NCBI GenBank assembly: GCA_031417315.1
Contig: JANOVK010000216.1
Coordinates: 1 to 49,738, forward strand
DNA from: Chitinophagaceae bacterium
GTDB taxonomy: Bacteria; Bacteroidota; Bacteroidia; Chitinophagales; Chitinophagaceae
Length of the DNA stretch: 49,738 nt
Reading direction: 5' to 3'
Shown here: positions 38,553 through 47,202 of the stretch, piece by piece
How the letters are laid out: each line of letters opens with the position of its first letter
Numbering within the stretch: position 1 is the stretch's first letter
The notes under the pieces: generated by a model
What the model saw: only the letters and a program-made list of their open reading frames with translations
Database searches by the model: none
Told to the model about the DNA's origin: nothing
Made by a program: the position numbers and the translations under genes

Positions 38553-39254
38553 ATGAAGAAATTTTGGAGATACTTAAAAAAAATACTCCTTTGGTGTTTT
38601 ATTTCCTCTTTAATTTATATTGTTATTTGTAAATGGATAATGCCTCCATTTACAATAACACAATTAAGTAATGCAATTAGTTTTGGTTTAAAAAGAGATT
38701 ATGTAAATTTTAACGAAATATCTTACAATGCAAAGTTGGCAGCTATTGCAAGCGAAGATCAAGCTTTTCCAGACCATAGTGGATTTGATTGGGATGCCAT
38801 TGAAAAAAGTTTAAAACCAAAAAAGAAAAATAAAAAAACAAAGATTCCTTTAGGTGGTGGTGCAAGTACCATTACACAACAAGTTGCTAAAAACGTTTTT
38901 TTATGGCAAGGCAGTGGTATAAGTAAGTATATCAGAAAAGTTCCTGAAATTTATTTCACATTTATGATTGAATTGGTTTGGGGCAAAAAAAGAATATTAG
39001 AAGTCTATTTAAATTCAATTGAAATGGGTAAAGGAATTTTTGGAATAGAAGCTGCTTCGCAGAATTATTTTAAAAAATCTGCAAGTAAACTAACAAGAGA
39101 AGAAGCAGCAAAAATTATTGCTTGTTTACCAAATCCAAAAAAATTTACTGTTGTGCCATTAAGTAGAAGAGTTGCTTGGCGTTACACACAAAGTTTAATA
39201 GAGATGAATAATATTGAAGATGATATGGATGTTTTAGAAATAATAAAAAACTAA
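38553..39254 (+). CDS. mtgA: Monofunctional peptidoglycan glycosyltransferase
   Basis: N-terminal TM anchor and GT51 motifs ASEDQAFPDHSGFD and GGASTITQQVAKN. Confidence 0.9.
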   Translation: MKKFWRYLKKILLWCFISSLIYIVICKWIMPPFTITQLSNAISFGLKRDYVNFNEISYNAKLAAIASEDQAFPDHSGFDWDAIEKSLKPKKKNKKTKIPLGGGASTITQQVAKNVFLWQGSGISKYIRKVPEIYFTFMIELVWGKKRILEVYLNSIEMGKGIFGIEAASQNYFKKSASKLTREEAAKIIACLPNPKKFTVVPLSRRVAWRYTQSLIEMNNIEDDMDVLEIIKN

Positions 39255-39256
39255 TA

Positions 39257-40180
39257 GTGTATTCTCAAAAAAAAATATTAATTAAACTGTTGTTTTTATT
39301 TCTACCATTTACAATTATATTTTTCTTCTTAGAACATCAATTAAAAACAAAACCATTTGTAAGCAGTTATTCTATTAAAAAAAAATATTTAGAAACTCAA
39401 CTAGATAGTATTGAAACATTGATTCTTGGCTCATCTCAGGCTTTTAATGGAATTGACCCCATTTGTTTTTCAACAAAAACATTTAACCTTGCAAACGTTT
39501 CGCAAACACTTTATTACGATAAAAGATTAACGTTACAATATCTTCCAAAACTTACAAAACTTAAAACTGTAATAATAAATATTGGTTATTTTTCTTTTTT
39601 TTATCAGTTGTTTGATATTAAAGAAAGTTGGAGAGATTATTATTATTTACAACATTTTGGAATTAAATATTATCAGCTTTCAAATTTTTCACTAACTAAT
39701 TATTCGGCGGTTTTAACTTATAAAATTCCACACACATTTAAGTTATTATTAAAGAATTTTAAAGACGAAACTGCAATAGAAATTTTAAGAAATGGATACC
39801 AGCCAAAATTTATTCAAGAAACAATTAGCGATAGTGTAGGATTAAAAAGAGTAACACTTCATAACGATGAAAATTTTAAACGAAGAACTGAAATAGAAAA
39901 AGACCTCGAAGATTTTATTAAACAATTAAGCAATAAAAAAATAAATGTAGTATTTGTTACAACGCCTGTGTTTAATACTTATTCTAAGTTTTGTAATAAT
40001 AAAATTATTGATACAAATAATAATTTTATAAGCAGCTTATGCAAAAAATATAATTGTAAATATCTAAACTATTTTAGCGATTTGAAGTTTGAGAAAACTG
40101 ATTTTTTTGATAACGACCATTTAAAATATAATGGTGCAAAAAAATTAAGTACGTTAATTAATGATACTTTAAAAGAGTAA
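39257..40180 (+). CDS. Membrane-anchored DltD/SGNH-like hydrolase or acyltransferase, function unknown
   Basis: N-terminal TM. A GSSQ block (LILGSSQAFNGIDP) resembles the DltD/SGNH block I serine. A C-terminal D-x-x-H is present (FFDNDHL). GTG start 2 nt after the mtgA stop. Confidence 0.45.
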   Translation: MYSQKKILIKLLFLFLPFTIIFFFLEHQLKTKPFVSSYSIKKKYLETQLDSIETLILGSSQAFNGIDPICFSTKTFNLANVSQTLYYDKRLTLQYLPKLTKLKTVIINIGYFSFFYQLFDIKESWRDYYYLQHFGIKYYQLSNFSLTNYSAVLTYKIPHTFKLLLKNFKDETAIEILRNGYQPKFIQETISDSVGLKRVTLHNDENFKRRTEIEKDLEDFIKQLSNKKINVVFVTTPVFNTYSKFCNNKIIDTNNNFISSLCKKYNCKYLNYFSDLKFEKTDFFDNDHLKYNGAKKLSTLINDTLKE

Positions 40181-40182
40181 AT

Positions 40183-40359
40183 TTAATATTTAAACTTGGG
40201 TGCTTTTTTTGCATCCTTCATGGCTTGCGGATTACCAGCAGCTAATTTTTCAGCTCCAATATTTCTTCCATTAGTTGGGCAACCAGTTTTGTTTGAACCA
40301 AAAATACTACAAGAACTTAAAAATGCTATCATCCCAAAAGCTATTAATATTTTTTTCAT
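40183..40359 (-). CDS. 58-aa lipoprotein, below the ORF-track length cutoff
   Basis: Minus-strand ATG at 40357-40359 to TAA at 40183-40185. Sequence: MKKILIAFGMIAFLSSCSIFGSNKTGCPTNGRNIGAEKLAAGNPQAMKDAKKAPKFKY. It has a clean signal peptide and an LSSC lipobox, and is co-directional with the gene upstream. Confidence 0.6.
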   Translation of the reverse strand: MKKILIAFGMIAFLSSCSIFGSNKTGCPTNGRNIGAEKLAAGNPQAMKDAKKAPKFKY

Positions 40360-40413
40360 TACAAAAGTTGATATGCAAATTAAACGAATCTTTTTAAATT
40401 AAATTTCACAAAA

Positions 40414-40938
40414 TTATTTTTCATCAAACTTATACCAACTCGAATACATAAGATAATTATTTGCAATTCTATCAATTTCTCCATTTATCATTTCTTGAGA
40501 AATATCTTTTACTTTTTTTGCAGGCACACCAGCATAAATACTTCCTGTTTCAACAATTGTATTTTCTAAAACTACTGAGCCAGCTGCTATTATTGTATTA
40601 CTATTTACAATACAACCATCCATAACTATTGAACCCATACCAATTAAAACATTATCGTGAACAGTACAACCATGCACAATTGCATTATGCCCAATAGAAA
40701 CATTATTGCCAATAATTGTTGCATGTTTACTAAAAGTACAATGTATAACTGCACCATCCTGAATATTTACTTTATTGCCTATAGAAATAGTATTCACATC
40801 TCCACGTATAACAGCATTAAACCAAATGCTACAATCGTTACCAGTGATAACTTGTCCAACAACAGTTGCATTAGGAGCAATAAAACAATTTTCACCAAAT
40901 TTTGGCGAAACATTATTTACAGGAAGTATTATAGGCAT
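40414..40938 (-). CDS. Gamma-carbonic-anhydrase-family (left-handed beta-helix, hexapeptide repeat) protein
   Basis: Starts at MPIILPVNNVSPKFGENCFIAPNATVVGQV and is hexapeptide-repeat rich throughout. I use the ATG at 40936-40938, because the 39-codon upstream extension would overlap the trmB start region. Confidence 0.85.
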   Translation of the reverse strand: MPIILPVNNVSPKFGENCFIAPNATVVGQVITGNDCSIWFNAVIRGDVNTISIGNKVNIQDGAVIHCTFSKHATIIGNNVSIGHNAIVHGCTVHDNVLIGMGSIVMDGCIVNSNTIIAAGSVVLENTIVETGSIYAGVPAKKVKDISQEMINGEIDRIANNYLMYSSWYKFDEK

Positions 40939-41006
40939 AAAACAATATTTAACGAAAATAAGAATTGAATAAATAAATAAGTTCTTTTGCAATTCTAAAA
41001 TAAAAT

Positions 41007-41717
41007 ATGGGCCAAAAAAAATTAATACGTTTCGAAGCAATAAATGAGTTTTCAAATGTGTTTCAACACACCACTGAAATGAAAGGAAAATGGCATGAAT
41101 ATTTTAAAAACAATCATCCAATAATTTTAGAATTAGCATGTGGAAAAGGAGAATATTCTGTTGGTATGGGAAGATTGTTTTTTAACAAAAACTTTATTGG
41201 CATTGACATTAAAGGCAATAGAATTTGGCGTGGTGCAAAAACAGCATTAGAAGAAAAATTAATTAATGTTGCTTTTTTAAGAGCTGAAATAGACAAACTC
41301 TCTGAATATTTTGAAACTGATGAAGTAACTGAAATTTGGATAACCTTTCCCGACCCACAACTTCGATTATCGAAAGCAAAAAAAAGATTAACACATCCAA
41401 AATTTTTAAGATTGTATCAATCTATTTTAAAAAAAGGGGGCTTGGTTCATTTAAAAACTGATAGTCCTAATTTATATAATTTTACTAAAACTGTAATTGA
41501 ATTATATCAGTTGGACATTTTAGTTGACTATGATAATCTCTATCAAAATCAAAACTTACAACAAGAACTTTATATTAAAACGCATTACGAAAAATTAGAT
41601 ATAGCACAAAGTAATAAAATTCATTATTTGCAATTTAAAATTGATAAAAAGTTGCCACTTGCAATAGATGAAGAATTGAAAAAAATAATTAATGAACAAA
41701 CAAGAGAAAGAACTTAA
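41007..41717 (+). CDS. trmB: tRNA (guanine46-N7)-methyltransferase
   Basis: ILELACGKGEYS SAM motif, and IWITFPDPQLRLSKAKKRL (the FPDPW/KRR block). Confidence 0.92.
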   Translation: MGQKKLIRFEAINEFSNVFQHTTEMKGKWHEYFKNNHPIILELACGKGEYSVGMGRLFFNKNFIGIDIKGNRIWRGAKTALEEKLINVAFLRAEIDKLSEYFETDEVTEIWITFPDPQLRLSKAKKRLTHPKFLRLYQSILKKGGLVHLKTDSPNLYNFTKTVIELYQLDILVDYDNLYQNQNLQQELYIKTHYEKLDIAQSNKIHYLQFKIDKKLPLAIDEELKKIINEQTRERT

Positions 41718-41877
41718 AGATTTTTATTTTACAGAAAATGGATTAATGGTTTTTACAGAACAATATCTTTTAAAAAGAGGATTTTGTTGTGGTAATGGTT
41801 GCAAGCATTGCCCATACAATTACCAAAATGTATCAGAACCAACCAAGTCAAAAATATTAAAAGAGAAAGAAAATTAA
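41692..41877 (+). CDS. Small cysteine-rich DUF5522-like protein
   Basis: 61 aa with RGFCCGNGCKHCPY. Overlaps the trmB 3' end by 26 nt. Confidence 0.55.
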   Translation: MNKQEKELKDFYFTENGLMVFTEQYLLKRGFCCGNGCKHCPYNYQNVSEPTKSKILKEKEN

Positions 41878-41886
41878 TTTCTTAAT

Positions 41887-42261
41887 ATGAAAATTAAAAA
41901 TACAATAATAAAGGAAACAATAAAACCAAAAGAATATTCATTTTTTGCAGATGTTTATGATGTTGTACGACAAATACCAAAAGGTAGAGTTACAAATTAT
42001 GGTGCAATTGCAAATTATTTAGGAACCAAATTAAGTGCACGCATGGTAGGCTGGGCAATGAATGGAGCACATTACATTAAACCAAAAGTACCAGCTCATA
42101 GAGTTGTAAATAGAAATGGAATGTTAACTGGAAAAGCACATTTCTCAACTCCTACACAAATGCAAGAATTGCTAGAAAAGGAAGGGATAATAGTTGAAAA
42201 AGATACCATCATTAATTTTAAAACTAATTTTTGGAACCCACAAACAGAACTTAGTTTGTAG
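41887..42261 (+). CDS. Alkyltransferase-like (ATL) protein: MGMT DNA-binding domain lacking the acceptor Cys
   Basis: 124 aa with the helix-turn-helix block IPKGRVTNYGAIANYLG. The active-site motif reads PAHRVV instead of PCHRV. Confidence 0.8.
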   Translation: MKIKNTIIKETIKPKEYSFFADVYDVVRQIPKGRVTNYGAIANYLGTKLSARMVGWAMNGAHYIKPKVPAHRVVNRNGMLTGKAHFSTPTQMQELLEKEGIIVEKDTIINFKTNFWNPQTELSL

Positions 42262-42295
42262 TAATGTTGTACTACATTTCATTTTTTAATTTCAA

Positions 42296-43522
42296 ATGAT
42301 TCAAAAAAAACAAGCTGCTTTAGGTTTTATTTTTGTTACACTTTTAATTGATATAACTGGTTGGGGAATTATAATACCTGTTATACCAACTTTATTACAA
42401 AATCTTACTAATTGCAATGTAAGCGAAGCATCGATTTATGGAGGATGGCTACAAATGTCGTATGCAATAATGCAATTTTTCTTTGCTCCTATTTTAGGAA
42501 ATTTAAGTGATAAATATGGAAGAAGACCTATTCTCTTATTTTCACTTTTTGGTTTTGCAGTAGATTATTTATTTACTGCTTTTGCACCAACTTTACTTTG
42601 GTTATTTTTTGGAAGAATTATTGCAGGAATAACTGGAGCAAGTTTTTCTACAGCTGGTGCTTATATAAGTGATGTGAGTACACCAGAAAAGAAAGCACAA
42701 AATTTTGGAATGATTGGAGTTGCTTTTGGTATTGGTTTTATAATTGGCCCAGCATTGGGTGGCATGTTAGGAAAATACGATGTTAGATTACCATTTTTTG
42801 CTGCAGCATTTCTTGCAATGATGAATTGGATTTATGGATATTTTATTTTACCAGAATCTTTACCAAAAGAAAAAAGAAGAGAGTTTAGTTGGAAAAGAGC
42901 AAACCCAATTGGAACCTTATTGCAATTTAAAAAATATCCTATAATTATTGGTTTAGTAATTTCTATTTTTTTATTATACGTTGCATCTCATGCTGTGCAA
43001 ACTACTTGGGGCTATTATGGCATTTATAAGTTTGGATGGAATGAAACTCAAATAGGATACTCATTGGCTTTTGTGGGATTAGTAGTTGCCATAGTACAAG
43101 GTGGATTAATAAGAATTTTAATTCCAAAATTTGGACAAGAAAAAAGTATTTATATTGGTTTAACTTTTTATGCAATTGGATTTTTATTATTTGGATTGGC
43201 AACTCAAACCTGGATGATGTATGCCTTTATGTTAGTGTATGGTTTAGGTGGTTTAACCATGCCATCTTTACAAGGAATTATTAGCAATGAAGTACCAGCC
43301 AATCAACAAGGTGAATTACAAGGAGGGTTAACAAGTATTATGAGTATTGCACTCATATTTGGGCCACCATTAATGACACATGTTTTTGCGTATTTCACCT
43401 CTACAAAAGCTCCATTTATTTTATCGGGGGCAGCTATGTTTTTAGCAAGTTTTCTAACAATTATTAGTAGCTTTTTAGCGTATAATTCTTTGGTACGAAA
43501 GAAAAGAAAAAAGAAATTTTAA
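42296..43522 (+). CDS. MFS transporter (TetA/TCR-like, 12 TM)
   Basis: MFS motif A, GNLSDKYGRRPILL, between TM2 and TM3. 408 aa. Confidence 0.85.
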   Translation: MIQKKQAALGFIFVTLLIDITGWGIIIPVIPTLLQNLTNCNVSEASIYGGWLQMSYAIMQFFFAPILGNLSDKYGRRPILLFSLFGFAVDYLFTAFAPTLLWLFFGRIIAGITGASFSTAGAYISDVSTPEKKAQNFGMIGVAFGIGFIIGPALGGMLGKYDVRLPFFAAAFLAMMNWIYGYFILPESLPKEKRREFSWKRANPIGTLLQFKKYPIIIGLVISIFLLYVASHAVQTTWGYYGIYKFGWNETQIGYSLAFVGLVVAIVQGGLIRILIPKFGQEKSIYIGLTFYAIGFLLFGLATQTWMMYAFMLVYGLGGLTMPSLQGIISNEVPANQQGELQGGLTSIMSIALIFGPPLMTHVFAYFTSTKAPFILSGAAMFLASFLTIISSFLAYNSLVRKKRKKKF

Positions 43523-44667
43523 GTTTTAACTCTCTTATACAAATTATAGTAACATAGTGCCATAGTTACAACAAAAGGAAGTAAAGCAACATTAAATTGT
43601 TGAGGTAAAATAAACCATATTACCACTAATAATACTGTAATAATAAATGCAGATTTAAAATAAATTTTTGTGTATAGTGTTTTAAAGTTCAGTGCAAAAA
43701 CAAAATACAAATTTGTTGGCAATGCCCATATTAAATTATAATTATTAGCAAAACTTTTATGCTCTGTAAAGAACCACATATATAACAATACACATCCTAT
43801 AATACCTGTTAAAAAAATAAAAAACATTGTTGCATAATTTTTTATTTTTTTTGCAATTAAGTTTTTATTAAACTCTAACAAAAGCATTCCTAAAAAGACA
43901 ATACTAAAAATAATAATTGGTGAAAACCATTGTTTATACTCAATTGGTAGATTTGTTTTATACTCTTTTTTAGATATTAAAAATTGATGTTTATTATTTG
44001 CACTATCAATTGCAAGCATTAAATAAGTTGGCAAAAAAGTAGATTGCTCAATTGTTAAAGGCTTATCCACTTTGCTACCCATTAATAAATCAATTCCCAA
44101 TTTGCTCCATTGCATATTCATACTATCTAAAAAAATGTGTAATAAATTTCTAAAAGTGGCACTGCTATTAACCAATTTTTTATTGCAAACTAAAGAGCTG
44201 TTATTTTTTAATAAGTCTCTAATTCTTGTAGTGCAGTTATCAAATAAAAAATCGTATTTATAAAACTTATTTTCTTCTTTTAAATTTCGAATTAATGATT
44301 GCTGAATATTATTTTTTTCTTTTTGATTTAGATTTAATACTTGCTCAACAATAGTTCTATTTTCATTTTTGTATGATAATAAAAAATTATTCCCTTCCTC
44401 GATAGATAAAAAATAAAGCAATTTTCCGTGAACAAATTTTGGAAGAAAGTTGGGGTCATTGAAATCGAATGTGCCGAAATTATAAAATAAATCAGTCTGA
44501 TTTGTAGAATCAATTATTCTTATGGCAGTATGCCCAAATATAGAGTACAACTCATTTCCAGGTGCACAAGTAATTATACTTACTTGCAATCTAGAGTCAT
44601 CAGTTTGAGAAAAACCTGTAATAGAAAAAAATAATGATAGAAGAAGGGTATATTTTTTCAAAATCAT
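43519..44667 (-). CDS. DUF4105-domain protein with C-terminal multi-TM region
   Basis: Signal peptide MILKKYTLLLSLFFSITGFSQ and the hallmark block CAPGNELYSIFGHTAIRI. I prefer the ATG at 44665-44667, which forms an ATGA overlap with the GNAT stop. Confidence 0.7.
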   Translation of the reverse strand: MILKKYTLLLSLFFSITGFSQTDDSRLQVSIITCAPGNELYSIFGHTAIRIIDSTNQTDLFYNFGTFDFNDPNFLPKFVHGKLLYFLSIEEGNNFLLSYKNENRTIVEQVLNLNQKEKNNIQQSLIRNLKEENKFYKYDFLFDNCTTRIRDLLKNNSSLVCNKKLVNSSATFRNLLHIFLDSMNMQWSKLGIDLLMGSKVDKPLTIEQSTFLPTYLMLAIDSANNKHQFLISKKEYKTNLPIEYKQWFSPIIIFSIVFLGMLLLEFNKNLIAKKIKNYATMFFIFLTGIIGCVLLYMWFFTEHKSFANNYNLIWALPTNLYFVFALNFKTLYTKIYFKSAFIITVLLVVIWFILPQQFNVALLPFVVTMALCYYNLYKRVKT

Positions 44668-45113
44668 TTTTTTAATTTTAATGCAACCCATGTTTCAAAT
44701 TTCATTTCAAATTTTACTTCACCTTTATTAACTGTTCCTACATTTTCCCAACCAGTTTTTGTATAAAATAATTCAGCTCTTGTATTTGGTGCAGTGCCTA
44801 ACCAAATTGTATTTTCAGTTTTCGAAAAATACCAATCAATCATTATTTGTTGTAATTTTTTTCCAATCCCATTTTTTTCAAATTCAGGATGCACAAATAA
44901 AGCCCACACATTATTTTCTTTTAAATCTACAATTGAAAACCCTACAATTGCACTATCCATTTCACAAACCCAACCCTTACCTTTTTCTGTAATAAATTCT
45001 TTACAATCTTCATCTGTTACTAAGTTTGGATTAGATAGTGTATTTTCTTTAACCAAATTTCTTACTACTTGAATTTGAGGAATATCAGCAATTTTACATT
45101 CTCTAATTATCAT
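44664..45113 (-). CDS. GNAT-family N-acetyltransferase
   Basis: 149 aa. Acetyl-CoA motif A context FVHPEFEKNGIGKKL. Stop codon is TGA at 44664-44666. Confidence 0.8.
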   Translation of the reverse strand: MIIRECKIADIPQIQVVRNLVKENTLSNPNLVTDEDCKEFITEKGKGWVCEMDSAIVGFSIVDLKENNVWALFVHPEFEKNGIGKKLQQIMIDWYFSKTENTIWLGTAPNTRAELFYTKTGWENVGTVNKGEVKFEMKFETWVALKLKK

Positions 45114-45116
45114 TAC

Positions 45117-46163
45117 TTATTTTTTGGGTGTACCTATTAGCAAAATTAATGGGGCTATAGTTCTACTTAAATATTGTTTTCTGAAAATAGAAATTAAAAG
45201 ATTAAAAATAAATTGAATAAACGACTTTATAATATTTCCACTAACATTATAATTCCCTGAAATAATTTGCAATGAAAACTGATTAATTGAATACAATTTA
45301 TGATATGCACTTGTGCTTAAAATTCTCTCTGTAAAATTTCCAGAAATGGGATCACAAGTATTAAAAGGATGATTTAATACTTCATTTTTCAACTCTCCAG
45401 TTTTTAAATATTTTGTAACTAAAACCTTAATATCCTCTTCTTTTAATCCTCTAGATTGTTTTGCTAAATACTCAGTTTTTTTGGGTTCAATATTTGGAAA
45501 TTCTTGTATAACAATTTTTTTTCTAATATTCAAATATGGCATTCCAACAAATTCATCATTAGCTGTAGCATCATTTTCATTAGTTCCAATTAGTTCATCT
45601 TTTTGCATTAATTTATGTAAACTTTTTGTTTTAAAAAAATTATCATTTACAGATGCTGTTGTAAAAGCTGTAATCATTTTGGGGTTTAATGCTGCAATAT
45701 TTTTATAAAAAATCTCTAAGTTATAAATATGCTCAATTACATCTGTACCAACTATTACATCTAATTCATAAGTATTAAAATTATTGAATAATTCATTTTC
45801 GCTACACAAAATACATTGATCAATTTTAATATTCAGTAATTCACTCAATCGAGAAGTTGCTTCAACAAAATTTTTATTAAAATCACATGCGAAAACTTTT
45901 TTAAATCCACAATGCTTTGCAAATAATGCTAATAACCCATTACCACATCCAAAATCTAATAAACAAATTTCTTCTTTAGATTTATTTGTATTTACTAAAA
46001 CATTTTTTAATACAAACGAATAAATTTTCGTATAATAATTTATACTATAAATTACACTTTTTAAATAATTATTTACTAGTGGAGTATTTGAAACAGCATT
46101 TGGATTTATAAGTTTTATTTTATTTATAAAGGAAGTTGAATAACTTAAAAAATCCTGATTCAT
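45117..46163 (-). CDS. Class I SAM-dependent methyltransferase, substrate unknown
   Basis: Motif I LLDFGCGNGLLALFA, then an acidic residue (ACDFN), then motif DVIVGTDVIEH. Confidence 0.72.
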   Translation of the reverse strand: MNQDFLSYSTSFINKIKLINPNAVSNTPLVNNYLKSVIYSINYYTKIYSFVLKNVLVNTNKSKEEICLLDFGCGNGLLALFAKHCGFKKVFACDFNKNFVEATSRLSELLNIKIDQCILCSENELFNNFNTYELDVIVGTDVIEHIYNLEIFYKNIAALNPKMITAFTTASVNDNFFKTKSLHKLMQKDELIGTNENDATANDEFVGMPYLNIRKKIVIQEFPNIEPKKTEYLAKQSRGLKEEDIKVLVTKYLKTGELKNEVLNHPFNTCDPISGNFTERILSTSAYHKLYSINQFSLQIISGNYNVSGNIIKSFIQFIFNLLISIFRKQYLSRTIAPLILLIGTPKK

Positions 46164-46173
46164 AAAAATTTAA

Positions 46174-47070
46174 TTATTCTACTTCTACTCTTTTATCAAC
46201 TAAAGCACCTTCATGTGTTTCTATTATAAATTTTCTTTCATCTACTAAATATCCATTTCCTTTTTCGCAAAAATGAACCTTAATATTTTCAACACTAATA
46301 GGGTTTCCATCTGGAATATCAGCAATATTATTATGCAAAATATCATGGCCATCAATTATCATTACTAATCCACTTCCAATGGCTTCCATTTTATTTCCTT
46401 CTGTAATTAACATACCAGTATCTTCTCCTAAACCAATGCCAATACAACCTGGGTTTGCTGCAACAGCCTGAGCTAATCTTCCAAATCTGCCACGTTTTTC
46501 AAAATGACTATCAAAAATTACCTTATCCATAAAACCTAAACCTGTTGTAATTTTTACTTCTCCTTTTAAATGTGCTTTAGTTGCGTTGCCTTCATAAATC
46601 ATGGTATTGCTCATTGCCATTGCACCAGCACTTGTACCAGCAATTATAAATTTATCGTCATTATTAAATCTTTCTTTAATAATTTGTAGAAACTCTGTAC
46701 CGCCAAATATTGATGTTAATCGCAACTGATTTCCTCCAGTAAACATTACAACTGTACAAGCTGCTATTCTTTTTAAATAATTATTATCGTTTACATCATC
46801 TCTTTTTCTAATATGAATTACATCAACATTGTTACAACCAATTTTAGAAAATGCATCTAAATAATTTTCTCCCACTTCGTAGGGAATTGTTGAAGCAGTG
46901 GTAACAATTTCTATTCTTGTACTTAACCCTCCAGCTTCTTGAGCAATTCTTCTTAAAATTCCAAGCTCAAAAAAATTAAGATTGTTTCTTTGTATTTGTC
47001 CTGTTTCTAAATTTGTGCCTTTATCCTCAGCTCCCCCAACAGCAATTAACTTTCCAACTGGTATCATCAT
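46174..47070 (-). CDS. cphB: Cyanophycinase (peptidase S51), cytoplasmic type
   Basis: LIAVGGAEDKG, FTGGNQLRL and the catalytic-serine block IAGTSAGAMAMS. No signal peptide. Confidence 0.82.
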   Translation of the reverse strand: MMIPVGKLIAVGGAEDKGTNLETGQIQRNNLNFFELGILRRIAQEAGGLSTRIEIVTTASTIPYEVGENYLDAFSKIGCNNVDVIHIRKRDDVNDNNYLKRIAACTVVMFTGGNQLRLTSIFGGTEFLQIIKERFNNDDKFIIAGTSAGAMAMSNTMIYEGNATKAHLKGEVKITTGLGFMDKVIFDSHFEKRGRFGRLAQAVAANPGCIGIGLGEDTGMLITEGNKMEAIGSGLVMIIDGHDILHNNIADIPDGNPISVENIKVHFCEKGNGYLVDERKFIIETHEGALVDKRVEVE

Positions 47071-47089
47071 TTCAAAATTTGTGGTTTTA

Positions 47090-47097
47090 CAAAACTA
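47090..47097 (-). promoter_or_regulatory. -7 box TAGTTTTG upstream of cyanophycinase
   Basis: The reverse complement of caaaacta matches TAnnTTTG, 20 nt upstream of the ATG at 47070. Confidence 0.3.
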
Positions 47098-47157
47098 TGG
47101 AATTGATGTTTAGAGAGCTTTTTATTTAAAAAAATATCCTATTCAATTACATTAAAA

Positions 47158-47187
47158 TTTGAGTTTAATTCCTCAATCATATCTTTG
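47158..47187 (+). promoter_or_regulatory. Bacteroidota-type promoter (-33 TTTG / -7 TATCTTTG) for prs
   Basis: TTTG at 47158-47161, an 18-nt spacer, then TATCTTTG at 47180-47187, 15 nt before the prs ATG. Confidence 0.4.
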
Positions 47188-47202
47188 TAGCAATATAATA
47201 TT

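Noticed and set aside
40196-40402. The 68-aa plus-strand ORF from the track
   Set aside because: It starts with TTG, has no recognisable features, and is entirely antisense to a much more convincing minus-strand lipoprotein ORF (40183-40359).
40939-41055. The 39-codon N-terminal extension of the gamma-carbonic-anhydrase-family ORF
   Set aside because: The family normally starts right at the M-x-I-x-P block, here MPIILPVNN. The extension would overlap the divergent trmB start and looks like translated intergenic AT-rich sequence.
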